Shown piece by piece: positions 12,741 to 25,317 of a DNA stretch of 64,000 bases. The stretch is taken from the NCBI RefSeq assembly GCF_963921235.1, contig NC_086097.1:181724001-181788000 (forward strand). Reading direction: 5' to 3'. Each line of letters starts with the position of its first letter. Position 1 is the stretch's first letter. The translations under genes were made by a program, and so were the position numbers. Under the pieces are notes generated by a model. The model searched no databases. It was not told where the DNA came from and saw only the letters and a list, made by a program, of their open reading frames with translations. The stretch comes from Mobula hypostoma. Its lineage: Eukaryota.

Positions 12741-14129
12741 CATAAAAATCTCAAGTAATGAGAAATTTAATAAACATTTGTACACAGTGAGAAATGAGTG
12801 TATGGGTTCATACGTCACAGAAAGCCAATCTGCAGCAGCAAAGTGTTGGGATGCAAGTGTCTTTTAACAAGTATATGAAGGTTTAATAAGACTACATCTG
12901 GAAAATTGTGGGAAATTCTGTACTGTACATAAGAAATTCCATTCTTGCCTTGGAAGTTCAGCGATGTAGACTCATAAATCAATTCCTGGGGTAAGGAAGT
13001 TCCCTGGCAAGTAGTGATTGAGTGGAAGTGATCTTGTTATTCTGATCTTGAAATTTTGTGATCTTGAAATTCTGATGGAGTTTCCTTAGGCTACCATAGT
13101 AGAATTGGTCATAGCCATTGCATTGGGACTGAGGTGAGAAATTTCTTGGAGGGAAAACTTTCCTTGCTGATACTGGAATCAAAGCATGCAAGGACTACAA
13201 GGGGAAATGGTGTTGAGGAGGATAAGGCATGATCTAGCCCAAAGGGTCACACAGCTAACTCCCACTGTGATTTATGATATGATCTAATTGCAAGGTAATA
13301 CAGCCATTTCATGTTGGCCATTTTTCTCAACTCTCAACAAGTTTGGGAAAAGTGAGAAATGGATGTCTATCACCCATTGTCGCCACATGTGAGACTTCAT
13401 TTGAAAAGTTCTGTTGTCTGGGGACACTAAGAGAAGGAATAGCCAAAGTGACACTCTGGCTCACAACAAAGCAACAGTGGCTGCATATCACAAAACTGCA
13501 ACTTTAACCTCTGAGAACAGCAGTACATTGTGATCCCACCCCTTAAAATGTTCCCCCCATCTTCCATACCCACTTAATAATAAAGATCACTAGATCTAGA
13601 ACATAGAATTTCCTACCAAACTTTCAAAGGGAGAGCAGTCTTTTTCCAAGGGTATTCATGGATGAGCAATTATGCTGGCTTTACCATAATCATAACATCA
13701 GGTATACCAACACTCCTCCAGAAACAAGATGATGGAAAAGCCACTGATAATTCAAACAGAATAGGTCAACCACTGGATTTCTGTGGGAAAGAGGGTGACG
13801 TTAATTAGGAGTCAGTGGTTTAATTAGTTCGGTACAACATCATGGGCCCAAAGGCTGTCTTGTGCTCTACTCTTCTGTGTAAGTATTTAAAAAAGCTCCA
13901 CAATAAGACAAAATGACAGAACTTGCTTTAAATCTCAATAGTGTAAATCTGTAAGAAAGAAGACCAACTTGTATCAGGACTTGGCAACATCAGCAGATAC
14001 AGAATTAAACATTTCAAAAATATTGTTGTGCTAATTGATGGAAAATGATGAGCTGGATCACAGCACAGGAACAGGCCCTTCAGCACACAATGTTGTTCCA
14101 AACTAAATGGAATATACAAGACCCTAAAT

Positions 14130-16220
14130 CAAAAAAGATAGGAGAATTAGGCCATTTGGCCAATCGAGTCTGCACTGCCATGTCATCATAGTAAATCCAT
14201 TTTCCCTGTCAACCTCATTCTCCTGCCTTTTCCCCAAAATCTTTCACACCATGACTAATCAAGAACCTAACAACCTCAGTCTTAAACACACTTAATGACC
14301 TGGCCTCCACATGTACCTGTGGCAATAAATGCCACAGATTTACCACTCTCTGGTAGGAAATTCCACATCTCCTTTCTAAATGGACGTCCCTCTATTCTGA
14401 GGCTCTGCCCTCTGATCCTAGAATCTCCCATGAGAGAAACCATCCAGACTATTTAGCCCTTTCTTCCAGCAAGAGCAGACACAGCCATCAAATGGTCCTC
14501 ATACTATCATTCATTCCCTGAATCTTTCTCTTGAACTTCCTTTGAACTTTCTCCAATGTCAGCACATCCTTTCCTAAGCAAGGAGCCCAAAACTGCTCAC
14601 AGTACTCCAAGTGAGGCCTCACCGATGCCTTATAAAGCCACAGCATCACATCTTTACTTTTATATCCTTGAACTCTCAAAATGAATGCCAGCATTGCATT
14701 TGCCTTCCTCACCACCTACTCATCCTGCATGTTAATCTTTAAGGAATCCTGAACAAGGACTCTCTAGTCCTTTTGCACCTTGGATTTTTGAATTTTCTGC
14801 CCAGTTTAAAACAGGCTATGCTTTGTTTCTTCAACAGTCATTGACACTTTATTCCATTTGCCAGTTCTTTGCCAATTTTCTTAATCTAAGTCCTTCTGCA
14901 CCACAAATACGAGGAAGTCTGCAGATGCTGGAAATCCAAGGCGAAACATACAAAATGCTGGAGGAACTCAGCAGGTCAGGCAGCATCTATTGAACTGTCA
15001 ACATTTTGGGCCAAGATCCTTCATTGTCTAACTTCCCACTATTTTTTACTCTTATTATATGCCCTCTCCTTTGCTGTTATGTTGTTTTTTTACTTCCCTT
15101 TTCACCCATAGTTGTGTCATACTGCCCTTGTATACTACTACTTTGGGATGTATCCATCCTGCACCTTCCAAATTTCTCCTAGAAACTTTAGTCATTGCTG
15201 TTCTACCACCATCCCTGCTAATGTTCCCTTCCTATTTACTATGGCCAACTCCTCTCTCATGCCTCTATAAATTCCTTTACTCCACCATAACACTGACATA
15301 TCTGACTTCAGCTTTTCCTTCTCAAATTGCATGGTGAAGTCTATCATATTATAATCACTGCCTCCTAAGGGTTCCTTTACCCTAAGCTCCTTAATCAAAT
15401 TCAGTTCATCATACAACAAGTCTAGAATATCCTTTCCCTTAGTGAGCTCAACCACAAGCTGTTCTAAAATGCCATCTTAAAGGCATTCGACAAATTCCCC
15501 CTCTTGGGATCCAGCAACAGCCTGATTTTACCCAATCTACCTGCATATTGAAATCACCCATGTCTATCATTACCCTTTTCTATCTCCCATTGTGATTTGT
15601 ACCCAACATCCTGGCTACTGTTTGGGGTCTGTATATAACACCATCAGGGTCTTCTTACCTTTGTAGTTTCTTAACTTTGCTGACAAGAATTCTACATCTT
15701 CCGATCTAACTCATCTAAGGATTTTATTTCCTTTTTTTTTTAAACCAACACAGCCATTCCACATCCTCTGCCTACCTACCCATCCTTTCCACACAACGTG
15801 TATCCTTGGATGTTAACTCCCAGCTATGATCTTCTTTCAACCACAACTCGTTGATGCCCACAACTTCACACCTACTAATCTCTAACTGCACTACAGGAGC
15901 ATCTACCTTATTCCATATACTGTGCGCATTCAAATATAACACCTTGAGTTGTGTATTCATCTCCCTTTTTGATTTTGTCCCGATGCTACACTGCAACTTA
16001 TCTCACTGACTGCAATTATTTCCTTTCATCTGCCTGCTGACTTGACAGTCTCACTGCAACTGCATCTTGTTGTATACCAACATCCTCTAGTTCCCATCCA
16101 CTTGATAAATTAGTTTAAACTCTCTCCAACAGCTCTAGCAAACCTGTCTGCAAGGATATTGGTCCCCCTCGGGTTTAGTTGCAACCCATCTCTTTCGTAC
16201 AGATATTTTCCCCAAAAGAG
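14130..16220 (-). mobile_element. CR1 LINE pieces (ORF1 tail, EN, RT C-terminus, 3' end) with internal deletions
   Basis: DGLQLNPRGTNILA, LKVLYLNAHSIWNK, EPLGGSDYNMI and RPHLEYCEQFWAP motifs. Confidence 0.8.
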
Positions 16221-16592
16221 AGCCCAATGATGTCCATATCCCTCCATTCCCTGCACATTCATGAATCTTTCAAATAGCCTCTTAAAGGTGTCTATCATAT
16301 CTGCCTCCATCATCCCTGACAGCACATTCCATGCACCCACCACTCTGAATGAAAAAAAACCTGCCTTACACATCTCCTTTTAACTTACTTCTGTCCACAT
16401 ATGCATGGCTTCTGGTATTAAACATTTCAACCCTGGGGAAAAAAGATACTGGTTGTCCCTGTCTATGCCTCTCAATCTTATAAACATCTATCAAGTCTCC
16501 CCACGGGCTCTGCCACTCCAGAGAAAGCAACCAAGATATATCCAACCTCTCCTTAGATCATATACCTTCTCATCCAGACAGTATCTTGGTAA

Positions 16593-17301
16593 CACACATC
16601 AAAGTTGCTGGTGAACGCAGCAGGCCAGGCAGCATCTGTAGGAAGAGGTGCAGTTGACGTTTCAGGCCGAGACCCTTCGTCAGGACTAACTGAAGGAAGA
16701 GTGAGTAAGGGATTTGAAAGTTGGAGGGGGAGGGGGAGATCCAAAATGATAGGAGAAGACAGGAGGGGGAGGGATAGAGCCAAGAGCTGGACAGGTGATA
16801 GGCAAAAGGGGATACGAGAGGATCATGGGACAGGAGGTCTGGGAAGAAAGACAAGGGGGGGGACCCAGAGGATGGGCAAGAGGTATATTCAGAGGGACAG
16901 AGGGAGAAAAAGGAGAGTGAGAGAAAGAATGTGTGCATAAGAATAAGTAACAGATGGGGTACGAGGGGGAGGTGGGGCATTAGTGGAAGTTAGAGAAGTC
17001 GATGTTCATGCCATCAGGTTGGAGGCTACCCAGACGGAATATAAGGTGTTGTTCCTCCAACCTGAGTGTGGCTTCATCTTTACAGTAGAGGAGGCCGTGG
17101 ATAGACATGTCAGAATGGGAATGGGATGTGGAATTAAAATGTGTGGCCACTGGGAGATCCTGCTTTCTCTGGTGGACAGAGCATAGATGTTCAGCAAAGC
17201 GGTCTCCCAGTCTGCGTCGGGTCTCGCCAATATATAAAAGGCCACATCGGGAGCACTGGACGCAGTACATCACCCCAGTCGACTCACAGGTGAAGTGTTG
17301 C
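16593..17301 (-). mobile_element. Penelope-like element, 5'-truncated (GIY-YIG domain plus terminal repeat with hammerhead)
   Basis: YCVQCSRCGLLYIGETRRRLGDRFAEH...EQHLIFRLGSLQPDGMN; 8-bp TSD CTTGGTAA at 16585-16592 and 17302-17309. Confidence 0.92.
16651..16687 (-). ncRNA. Minimal hammerhead ribozyme motif
   Basis: AGUC-CUGACGA-AGGGUCUCGGCCU-GAAAC-GUC^AACUG. Confidence 0.75.
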
Positions 17302-17353
17302 CTTGGTAAACCTCTTCTACTCCCTCTTCAAAGCCTCTACATCTTTCCTATAA

Positions 17354-20288
17354 CACTGGACAGAAATTTTGAAGCTGAACACAAACATAATTTCAGACTA
17401 TTTTGATCATGTAGGAATTCAAAGAAAAAATAAATTAATTTTTATTGAATATAATGCATTTAATTGCATAATGGTGCTGAAGCTAAAAATATTTTATTAA
17501 TGATTTTCGTTTGCACTCAGTGTCCTGTCCGAGGCTTCTCGCTTGAGAACAATAATCAGACAGCATTGATGGATTCCAGTTGCCCTAATACTGGTTCTCC
17601 ATGACTCCAATGTCCCAGTAAACCCTTTTATCATGCTCTCTACTGACAGCATAAAGATTTGAAGGGAAGTCTAAATGGGAATGCAGAAAATGAATCTTTA
17701 GTGACATGTTGCACTTCATGGGTTTTATGGTTGAAGCATGTTGTCAACTAGCAGCACGAAACCAAGAAAATTTACAACATCCTTGAATGCCTTGCATACG
17801 ATTTTCTCTAGTCACACTAGAAGTCCTTTGAATTGCCTGTCATTGATGACCTGTTTGATTTGTGGACCAGCTAAAAAGCCTTCCTTAATCTTGGCATCAG
17901 TTATTCTGGGAAACATTAAAAAAAAGTATTGCCCAGTAGCACTTACATCTACAGTGATTAAATGCTTTGAGAGGTTGATCATGACTAGATTGAACTTCTG
18001 CCTCAGTAAAGACCTGGACCCATTGCAATTTGCCTATCGCCACAATAGGTCTGCAGCAGACACAATCTCAATGGCTCTTCATATGGCTTTAGACCACCTG
18101 GACAATGCAAACACCTATGTCAGGATGCTGTTCGTTGACTATAACTCAACTTTTAATACCATTATTCCCACAATCCTGATTGAGAAGTTGCAGAACCTGG
18201 GCCTCTGTACCTCCCTCTGCAATTGGATCCTCGACTTCCTAACCGGAAGACCACAATCTATGCAAATTGGTGATAACATCTCCTCTTTGCTGACGATCAA
18301 CACTGGTGTACCTCACTGCTCTACTCTTTCTATACCCATGACTGTGTGGCTAGGCATAGCTCAAATACCATGTATAAATTTGCTGATGATACAACCATTG
18401 TTGGTAGAATCTCAGATGGTGACGAGAGGGCGCACAGGAACGAGATATGCCAACTGGTGGAGTGGTGTCGCAGCAACAACCTTGCACTCAATGTCAGTAA
18501 GACGAAAGAACTGATTGGACTTCAGAAAGGATAAGACGAACACATAACAATCCTCAGAGGGATCAGAAGTGGAGAGAGTGAGCAGTTTCAAGTTCCTGGG
18601 TGTCAAGATCTCTGAGCACCTAACCTGGTCCCAACATATCGATGCAGTTATGAAGAAGGCAAGAGGGCAGCTATACTTCATTAGGAGTTTGAAGAGATTT
18701 GGTATGTCAACAAATTCACTCAAAAATTTCTATATAGTGTGAAGATCATTCTGACAGGCTGCATCACTGTCTGGTATTGGGGGCGGACTACTGCACAGGA
18801 CTGAAAGACACTGCAGAGGGTTGTAAATTTAGTTGGCTGCATCTTGGGTACTAGCCTACAAAGTACCCAGGACATTTTCAAGGGGTGGTGTCTCAGAAAG
18901 GCAGCATCCATTATTAAGGACCTCCTGCACCCAGGGCATGCCCTTTTCTCACTGTTACCATCAGGTAGGAGGTACAGAAGCCTGAAGGCACACACTCAGC
19001 AATTCATGAACAGCTTCTTCCCTTCTGCCAGCTGATTCCGAAATGGACATTGAACCCTTGAACACTATCATACTTTTTAAATATTTTATTCCTGTTTTTT
19101 GCACAATTTTAAATCTATTCAATATACATATATTGTAATTAATAGATTTTCTTCTATATTATGTATTGCATTGGACTACTGCTGCTAAGTCAACAAATTT
19201 CACGACACATACCGGTGATAATAAACCCGATTCTGAAATTTCTCAAATAGTAAAAATCCTTCTGGAGAAATTTTGTGCCTGGCGACAGCAGATTCCACCC
19301 TTGCAGTCTTACACCCCATAATTCTGCTTTTGCCTTTGACAAATCCAAGTCTCTGATTGGATCATTTAACTCAGATCAGGTTATCAGATGACGCTCACTC
19401 GACAAAGGATTGAAAATCTGTATCAGTATCGGTGTTGCTTTCCATTCCTGGCTCATGCATCACAGCTTCTTTGTCTGCCTCCTCTAGACTGCATTTCTTT
19501 GGTGACTTCAGTACTGGAAGACTACCGGCATGCAGCATCGGTCTTACAGCTGAAGGGATTTTGGGGTATTCAATAGATTTCTTGTTTCTGGTCAGACAGA
19601 AGAAGCAGTATGTCACATGATCCTTCTGCTTTCACCATATCATCAGGATGGCAAACGGCATTGACTTCTGAGTTCCGCTGAGCCAAGCTCCAAGATCGAT
19701 TGTGCATGTTGAGCAACAAATATGAGGAGCCCAGGCTTTGTCTTGGGTGCAAATTTTACACCCAACATAGGTTTTCTTAGTAAGGAGTCATGCTCAGTCT
19801 TTGAGATTCAGGTGTATATTCATCACCAATATAACAAAATATCATGGTTGTTGTAACATTGGCAAGACATTTTGCTATCACAAATACTCTTGAAAATACA
19901 TTTACTTTATTATAATGAGTACACACAATATACTGTGCCCCTACAGCAGGCACATCAACGTGATTGCAAATTGATTTACAAGTAAACGCAATGCAAAGAA
20001 CGGTGGGTGCGTGATGCTTTTATAGTCTTTCTAAAACCTATCCTGCCATGCATTTGCCCTGCCCAAGCATGCTCAGGCATGGCTGGACTAGATAAAAAAA
20101 AACTTTTCAGCTTATGTTGTTGGCAACATTTTAGTTGACATGAATCATGAATTGAAATAGCAACCGCAGCAATTTCAAAAAAATTGGTGCGTGGTAGAGA
20201 AATTTCGTGGTGATTTTCATGAGCAGCAGCCCAAAATCCAAAAATACACCCAAAAGTATACAGAAAGCAAAAACTTTGTTGTCCAGTG
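17354..20288 (-). mobile_element. Chapaev-3 (CMC superfamily) DNA transposon, decayed, interrupted by a Rex-type LINE
   Basis: Inverted termini CACTGGACA and TGTCCAGTG with TAA on both flanks. Transposase remnants: QDKAWAPHICC, MPFAILMIW..DHVTYCFFC, YPKIPSAVRP, and C-terminal CNMSLKIHFLHSHLDF...GNWNPSMLSDYC. Confidence 0.8.
17925..19235 (+). mobile_element. Rex1/Babar-type LINE, 5'-truncated, nested in Chapaev-3
   Basis: [44 protein letters not shown] and LLPSGRRYRSL motifs; tail ataaacccgattctga. Confidence 0.9.
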
Positions 20289-20619
20289 TAATGAGTCAAG
20301 CAGAATTGAATGCAAAATCCAGACATGGCCGAGAGAGTTTTATACAATTACATAACTTCCCAACTTGTGAGCTCAGTTCCTTGACTGATAAAGGCAACCA
20401 TGCCATACATCCTCTTTACCACCTTATCAATGAACTTAGACTCCAAGATCCCTCTCTCCATCAACACTGTTGAGGATCTTGCCATCAAGAAAGTACCGTC
20501 CCTTTACATTTCATCTCCCAAAGAGCAAAACCTCAAACTTGGCCAGGTTAAATTCCATCTCCCATTTCTTCAACTGATCTATATCCCACTGTACCCTTTG
20601 CCAGTCTTCTATGCTGCAA

Positions 20620-21840
20620 GATCATAAGACATAGGAGCAGAATTAAGCCATTCAGCCCATTGAGTCTGCTCCAGCATCCCATCATGGTTGATCCCGGATC
20701 CCATTCAACCCCATACACCTGCCTTCTCACCATATCCATTGATGCCCTGACCAATCAGGAAACTATCAACTTCCGCTTTGAACATACCCATGGACTTGGC
20801 CTCCACCGCAGTCTGTGGCAGCGTATTCCATAGATTCACTACTCTCTGCCTAAAAAAGAATCTTCCTTGCCTCTGTTCTATAAGGTCTTCTTCTTGTTTT
20901 ATGGTGGCTGGCACCCAGCTTGATGGTGCATTAGCGTCACCTTCTGTTCCAAAGTGTGTAATAGATTTACATTTTAAATCCCTTCACCCAATCACACACA
21001 CACATACCCTAACTACATCTTATCCTCCCGTCTTTGGCTATCCTCGTACCCTATTCCTGCTTATCCATCATATCCTATAAAAAACCCCTGTACCTCTTAA
21101 GAAAGCTAAAAATACCCTGACCTGTGCTTTCTCACTCATGTCCAGCAACCCTTTTAATGTGAATTCTTGCACCCCCAATTCCCTTAGATTAATTCTCATC
21201 ATCTCTCTCTGTATCCCATACTTCCTACAACTCAGAACTACATGTTCTACTGACTCCTCTTCCCGACATTCCTCACACAATACTGTCTGGTGTTTCCCTA
21301 TCATTTTCAATGTTTTGTTTAATGCACAGTGCCCCAGCCTTAACCTAGTCAACACAGTTTCCTCTCTTCTGTTCTATAAAGTCTATAAATATTGTGGCTG
21401 TGCCCTTTAGCTCTGGATACCCCCACCACAGGAAACATCCTTTCCACATCCACCTTTTCTAGTCCTTTCAACATTCAGCAATTTTCAATGAGATCCCTCT
21501 ACATTCTTCTAAATTCCAGTGAATACAGGCCCAAAGCTGTCAAATGCTCCTCATATCTTAACCCCTGTATTCCTGGAATCATCCTCCTCTGGTTTCTCTC
21601 CAATGACAACATATCCTTTCTGAGATAAGGTGCCCAAAACTGTTGACAATACTCCAAGTGTGGCCTGACTAGTGTCTTATAAAGCCTCAGCATTATCTCC
21701 TTGCTTTTATATTCTATTCCCCTTGAAATAAATGCCAATGTTGCATTTGCCTTCTTTACCACAGACTCAACCTGTAAATTAACCTTCTGGAAGTCTTGCA
21801 TGAGGACTCCAAAGTCCATTTGCACCTCTGATCCACCATC
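20620..21840 (-). mobile_element. CR1 LINE 3' fragment interrupted by a Nimb/I-type insertion
   Basis: VVKKANATLAFISRGIEYKSKE...RPHLEYCQQFWAP and FFRQRVVNLWN motifs; tail at about 20620. Confidence 0.85.
20889..21367 (-). mobile_element. Nimb/I-clade LINE 3' fragment
   Basis: LTRLRLGHC.LN...CEEC.EEESVEHV.LSC (CCHC); (AAG)n tail; 17-bp TSD tctgttctataaRgtct at 20872-20888 and 21368-21384. Confidence 0.75.
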
Positions 21841-23011
21841 AATCTTTTTTTTTTCAAAATACAGAAGTTTGTTTAAATGACTGCAATATCACAATGTACA
21901 AATAAGCAACATTTAGATTTTAATTAAATGCACTATTTACAGTTTCAAATTAAAATATGATATCATTATCTACAACACTTGAGCCTCTGAGGGCCTGCCA
22001 CCAAGCATCATATTGCCTGCAAACTTACTGACACACCCATCCACATTTTCATCCAGGTCACTTACAGTATATCACAATCTGGAGAGGTCCCAGCATGGAT
22101 CCCCATTGATCATCACTAGTCACAAACATCCAGCAAGAACAATTTCCATCAATCACTACCCTTTGTCTACATCCAGATAATTTCCATACCTCAGCCTTTT
22201 AAAGAAATGCGTAAAGGGAGAGTGGAGTTTTTATAATATCTTTGAATAACAAATAAGTATACCTAAGTGACACAAGATCAAAACACAAAGTTTACAGGTA
22301 GAGCCAGTAATTAGAAAGCTGGAAGACTTGCAGTAAAGATCAAACCGCTCAACCCCAGGAAACATCCAGACCTCCTTTTATGAATAATGACAGAGCAGGG
22401 AATAATAGGATGAAATGCACTGCATTTTTAAGAAACTACTGGAAAAATACTTGAATCAATACAACTAAAGAAAAAAAGCAATGGGATATGGTTGAGAGAA
22501 TAGGTCACTGGGGTTAAGCTTGGGAATAATACAGGGGTATGGAAAAAGCAGGAGTCAAGTAGATGGGTTAAATGGCTCCAGGATTTTTTAAATTTTCCAG
22601 CCGTAACTGACTTGGATTATGAAGCTGGCCCTTCAACTTCCAGTTAGTGGAGCAGAGGAACACCTTGTTTTTGTTTTATCTCCCCTTCAGAAGCATGCAC
22701 ATATATGAAGCTTCCCTGGCCAGGCTGGACCCAACATGGACAATGGTGGATAAGGTGATGAGAATCCCCAATCGCTACATACCCCTGCAGAGTAGGCAGG
22801 GGGTAAAACAATGACCAGACTGCAGTCATAAGGTGCAAAGAGCTTTATCGATGTCAGTGACAGCACTATTGCCTTATCAAACAGCTCCATAACAAAGCAG
22901 AAAACCACACAGTAACATTATAATCACACCTTCAAAATGACTGCCAGTTTCAATTGATAAAAATTGGCATTGATGCCAGTCCTGAATGGAGTACACAGCC
23001 AGCTCACAATC

Positions 23012-23363
23012 TCATCGTCGGTAAGCTCCAAAAGCCACAAAGCTGAAGAGAATGGTTATGCCGACCAGCGAGATCGTAGCAGGTGGTGTGAAGAAGTGCC
23101 GATAGTTGATCTGGTAATACCACAGAATGGAGAGCATAAGGAGGAAGAGGGGCAGCATGAGACCCCCGATGTTGAGGGTGGTGTCAGTGTTCTCCGCTGC
23201 ATGGCTCCCTGCTGGAGACTGTGGAGTTGCATTCTGCGAGATGTGGCAGTGAACTACACAGTTGCCCGTGATGTGAAGTGAGGAGAGTGTCTGTGTGTCA
23301 TCTCCCAGCAGCTGCCCTTGGTATATAAGACGCACCTGGTGCTCCTGGTGGGGAAACTGAGTC
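23012..23363 (-). CDS. TMUB1: TMUB1 last coding exon (UBL C-terminal half plus two TM helices)
   Basis: Acceptor ctgcCAG|G. The phase-2 join gives IKR|TQFPHQEHQVRLIYQGQLLGDDTQTL...HCHIS...LWYYQINYRHFF...AFGAYRR*, closely resembling the TMUB1 C-terminus. Spliced CDS is 839+352=1191 nt. Confidence 0.95.
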
Positions 23364-24142
23364 CTGGCAGGGGGAAGACAGACATGCAGATTAACAAGCG
23401 GCTGCAGGTAGCACCAGCCAGCTACAGATACAGATCACAAATGAGTGCGTGAATAAGCAGGTGGGTAGGTGGGAAAAGGGTTTGTTTTGCTGTTGTTATT
23501 ACTGCTGGTGTTGTTCTGCTGAATATGGCCTGCATGCTATGTTGATACTGGAATGTGTGGCAACATGTGTGGGCTGTCTGCAGCGCATCCTTAGGTTGTG
23601 TTGGTTGTTAATGCAAACGATGCATTTCACTGTATGCTTCAATGTACGTGTGATAAATAAATTAATCTGAATCAGCCTCTCTGCCGATGTTTGGTTTCAG
23701 GGCTTGGCCTCCTGCTCCTGCCTTCACTCAAACGCATTCCAAGTGTGGTCCAAGTCACAGAGATTCACTGGGAGGTCGTCACCCCATGAGTGGGTCACCT
23801 CCAAATTATATGCTGTCCTCATCAGACACCTAAAGGGGAAGACAGCTCGATGACCCGGCAGAGACAAGGCACAAGGACAACTCAGCCCAGCAGAGGCTGC
23901 ATGGTTAGTGACTGGACACATAGCTGCATCGGTCAACCAACTGCTACTGAGAGCTGACACACCCAAGTTCCCACTAGGCCAACTGTCTATTGCATTGATG
24001 CAGAGGATGGAGGTTGGAGGACAGACGACAAAGTATGAAGAGGTGGGATATGCAGGGAGATTTGTGCTTGAGTAATGAAGAACACTTCTCGCTCAAATAA
24101 AGTTGAAGTGATGACAGTGTGGAATCAGGGTGGTGACGTTAC

Positions 24143-24981
24143 CTTTTTATGTGTCCAATCGTATGTTCAGGTCTGACCTGAACTATTCTCTCCGTATCAT
24201 TTAAAAACTTCAGTCTCATCACCATGGAGCTGTCCTGTGCAGAGTCACTGTGGGGAAGATGGCCAACGATGGCCAGAGTCTCAGCTGCATCCCTGCCTCT
24301 TGCTGTGGTCAGTCGCTGCCGTAACTGTACAGGCACAGGATCTGAAACCAGGTCCTCAGTGGCACTGACTGTGGGCCACGCCTCCTCAGGTTCAGGCACA
24401 ACCTGCACCTCTATGTCATTTCTCTTCTCTTTCTCCTGCCTCTCCTCCTCCACCCTGTCCATCTGCCCCTCTGACCTGTTCCTCTGCTCCCGCCCTTCAT
24501 CCCTCTGCCACTCCTGCTCCTCCTTGTCTCTCTGCCCCTCCCCCTCTGCCCCATCCCTCTTCCCCTCCGCCCCGTCCCTCTTCCCCTCCACACCATCCCT
24601 CTGTCTCTCCATCTCCCCCTCTGCACCGTCCCTCTGTCTCTCCACCTCCCCCTCTGCACCGTCCCTCTGTCTCTCCACCTCCCCCTCCGCACTGTCCCTC
24701 TGTCTCTCCATCTCCCCCTCTGCACCGTCCCTCTGTCTCTCTGCTGTGCATCCTGCTGCTATTGTTCCAGTCTCAGATGCTGCAGGCTGTGCCGAGGCCT
24801 CAGTGGAAAATGGGCAGGTAGGGTCCTGCAGCTCCACGGGAGAACCATCAGCAAGTTGCTGTGCTTGGTCGCCTTGATCGATGGTGTGAGTGGAAGCCCA
24901 TGACAGGACAAGAACCAGCAAGATGAATACCAGGCTGAACAGCACAGTCACCTCATCACCCACTCCTTCGATTAAAGCCAT
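24143..24981 (-). CDS. TMUB1: TMUB1 (transmembrane and ubiquitin-like domain protein 1 / HOPS), first coding exon
   Basis: ATG in gccATGg context gives MALIEGVGDEVTVLFSLVFILLVLVLSWASTHT, the TMUB1 N-terminal TM motif. The exon ends with the UBL start RLKFLNDTE...TIGHIK(R). Donor AG|GTAACG at 24142; acceptor ttccttCAG places the exon start at 25021. Confidence 0.95.
24530..24741 (-). repeat. Coding minisatellite in TMUB1 (four 33-bp units plus a partial unit and 21-bp derivatives)
   Basis: Units begin at 24596, 24629, 24662, 24695 and 24728 and encode ERQRD(G/S)AEGE(M/V). The 21-bp units at 24554 and 24575 encode KRDG(A/V)EG-like peptides. Confidence 0.95.
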
Positions 24982-25317
24982 GGCCTGGACCACGATCTCC
25001 CACAGTCATTCAGTTGGGAAGCTGAAGGAATAAAACACAGAAATAAGAAACAAGAATGGGACCATGATCTCTGAGAGATGCTGGTGAGATTAACAGGAAA
25101 GGTAGGTTACCAATTGTCAGGTGGTGTCACAGACAAGGTCCCAGAAGACTGGAGAACAACGTTCCTTTTATCCACAACAGGGATAATCTGGAAAATGATA
25201 CGCAACTGAGTCTCACATCAGAGGTAAGGAAATTGTTAGACCATTTTCTTAGTGATAGCATTTACTCACATTTAGAAAGGTATGGATTTGGTAGGGAAAG
25301 TCAGCATGACGTTATGT

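Larger units (their letters stand above)
16225..20605 (-). mobile_element. Old CR1 3' region serving as host for the Penelope (16593-17301) and Chapaev-3 (17354-20288) insertions
   Basis: CR1 sequence reads continuously across both insertion junctions once the TSDs are collapsed. Confidence 0.7.

Noticed and set aside
10660..13930. Exons of FASTK or another neighbour in the unique-looking stretches (about 10.7-11.3 kb and 13.3-13.8 kb)
   Set aside because: No recognisable protein motif or convincing splice-bounded ORF; these may be UTR or intergenic sequence.
24530..24741. CRISPR-like array
   Set aside because: The units are contiguous with no unique spacers, lie inside a eukaryotic exon, and have no cas genes nearby.
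24224..24877. 217-aa plus-strand Ser/Pro/Leu-rich ORF and other overlapping frames
   Set aside because: These are antisense or alternate-frame shadows of the TMUB1 coding minisatellite.
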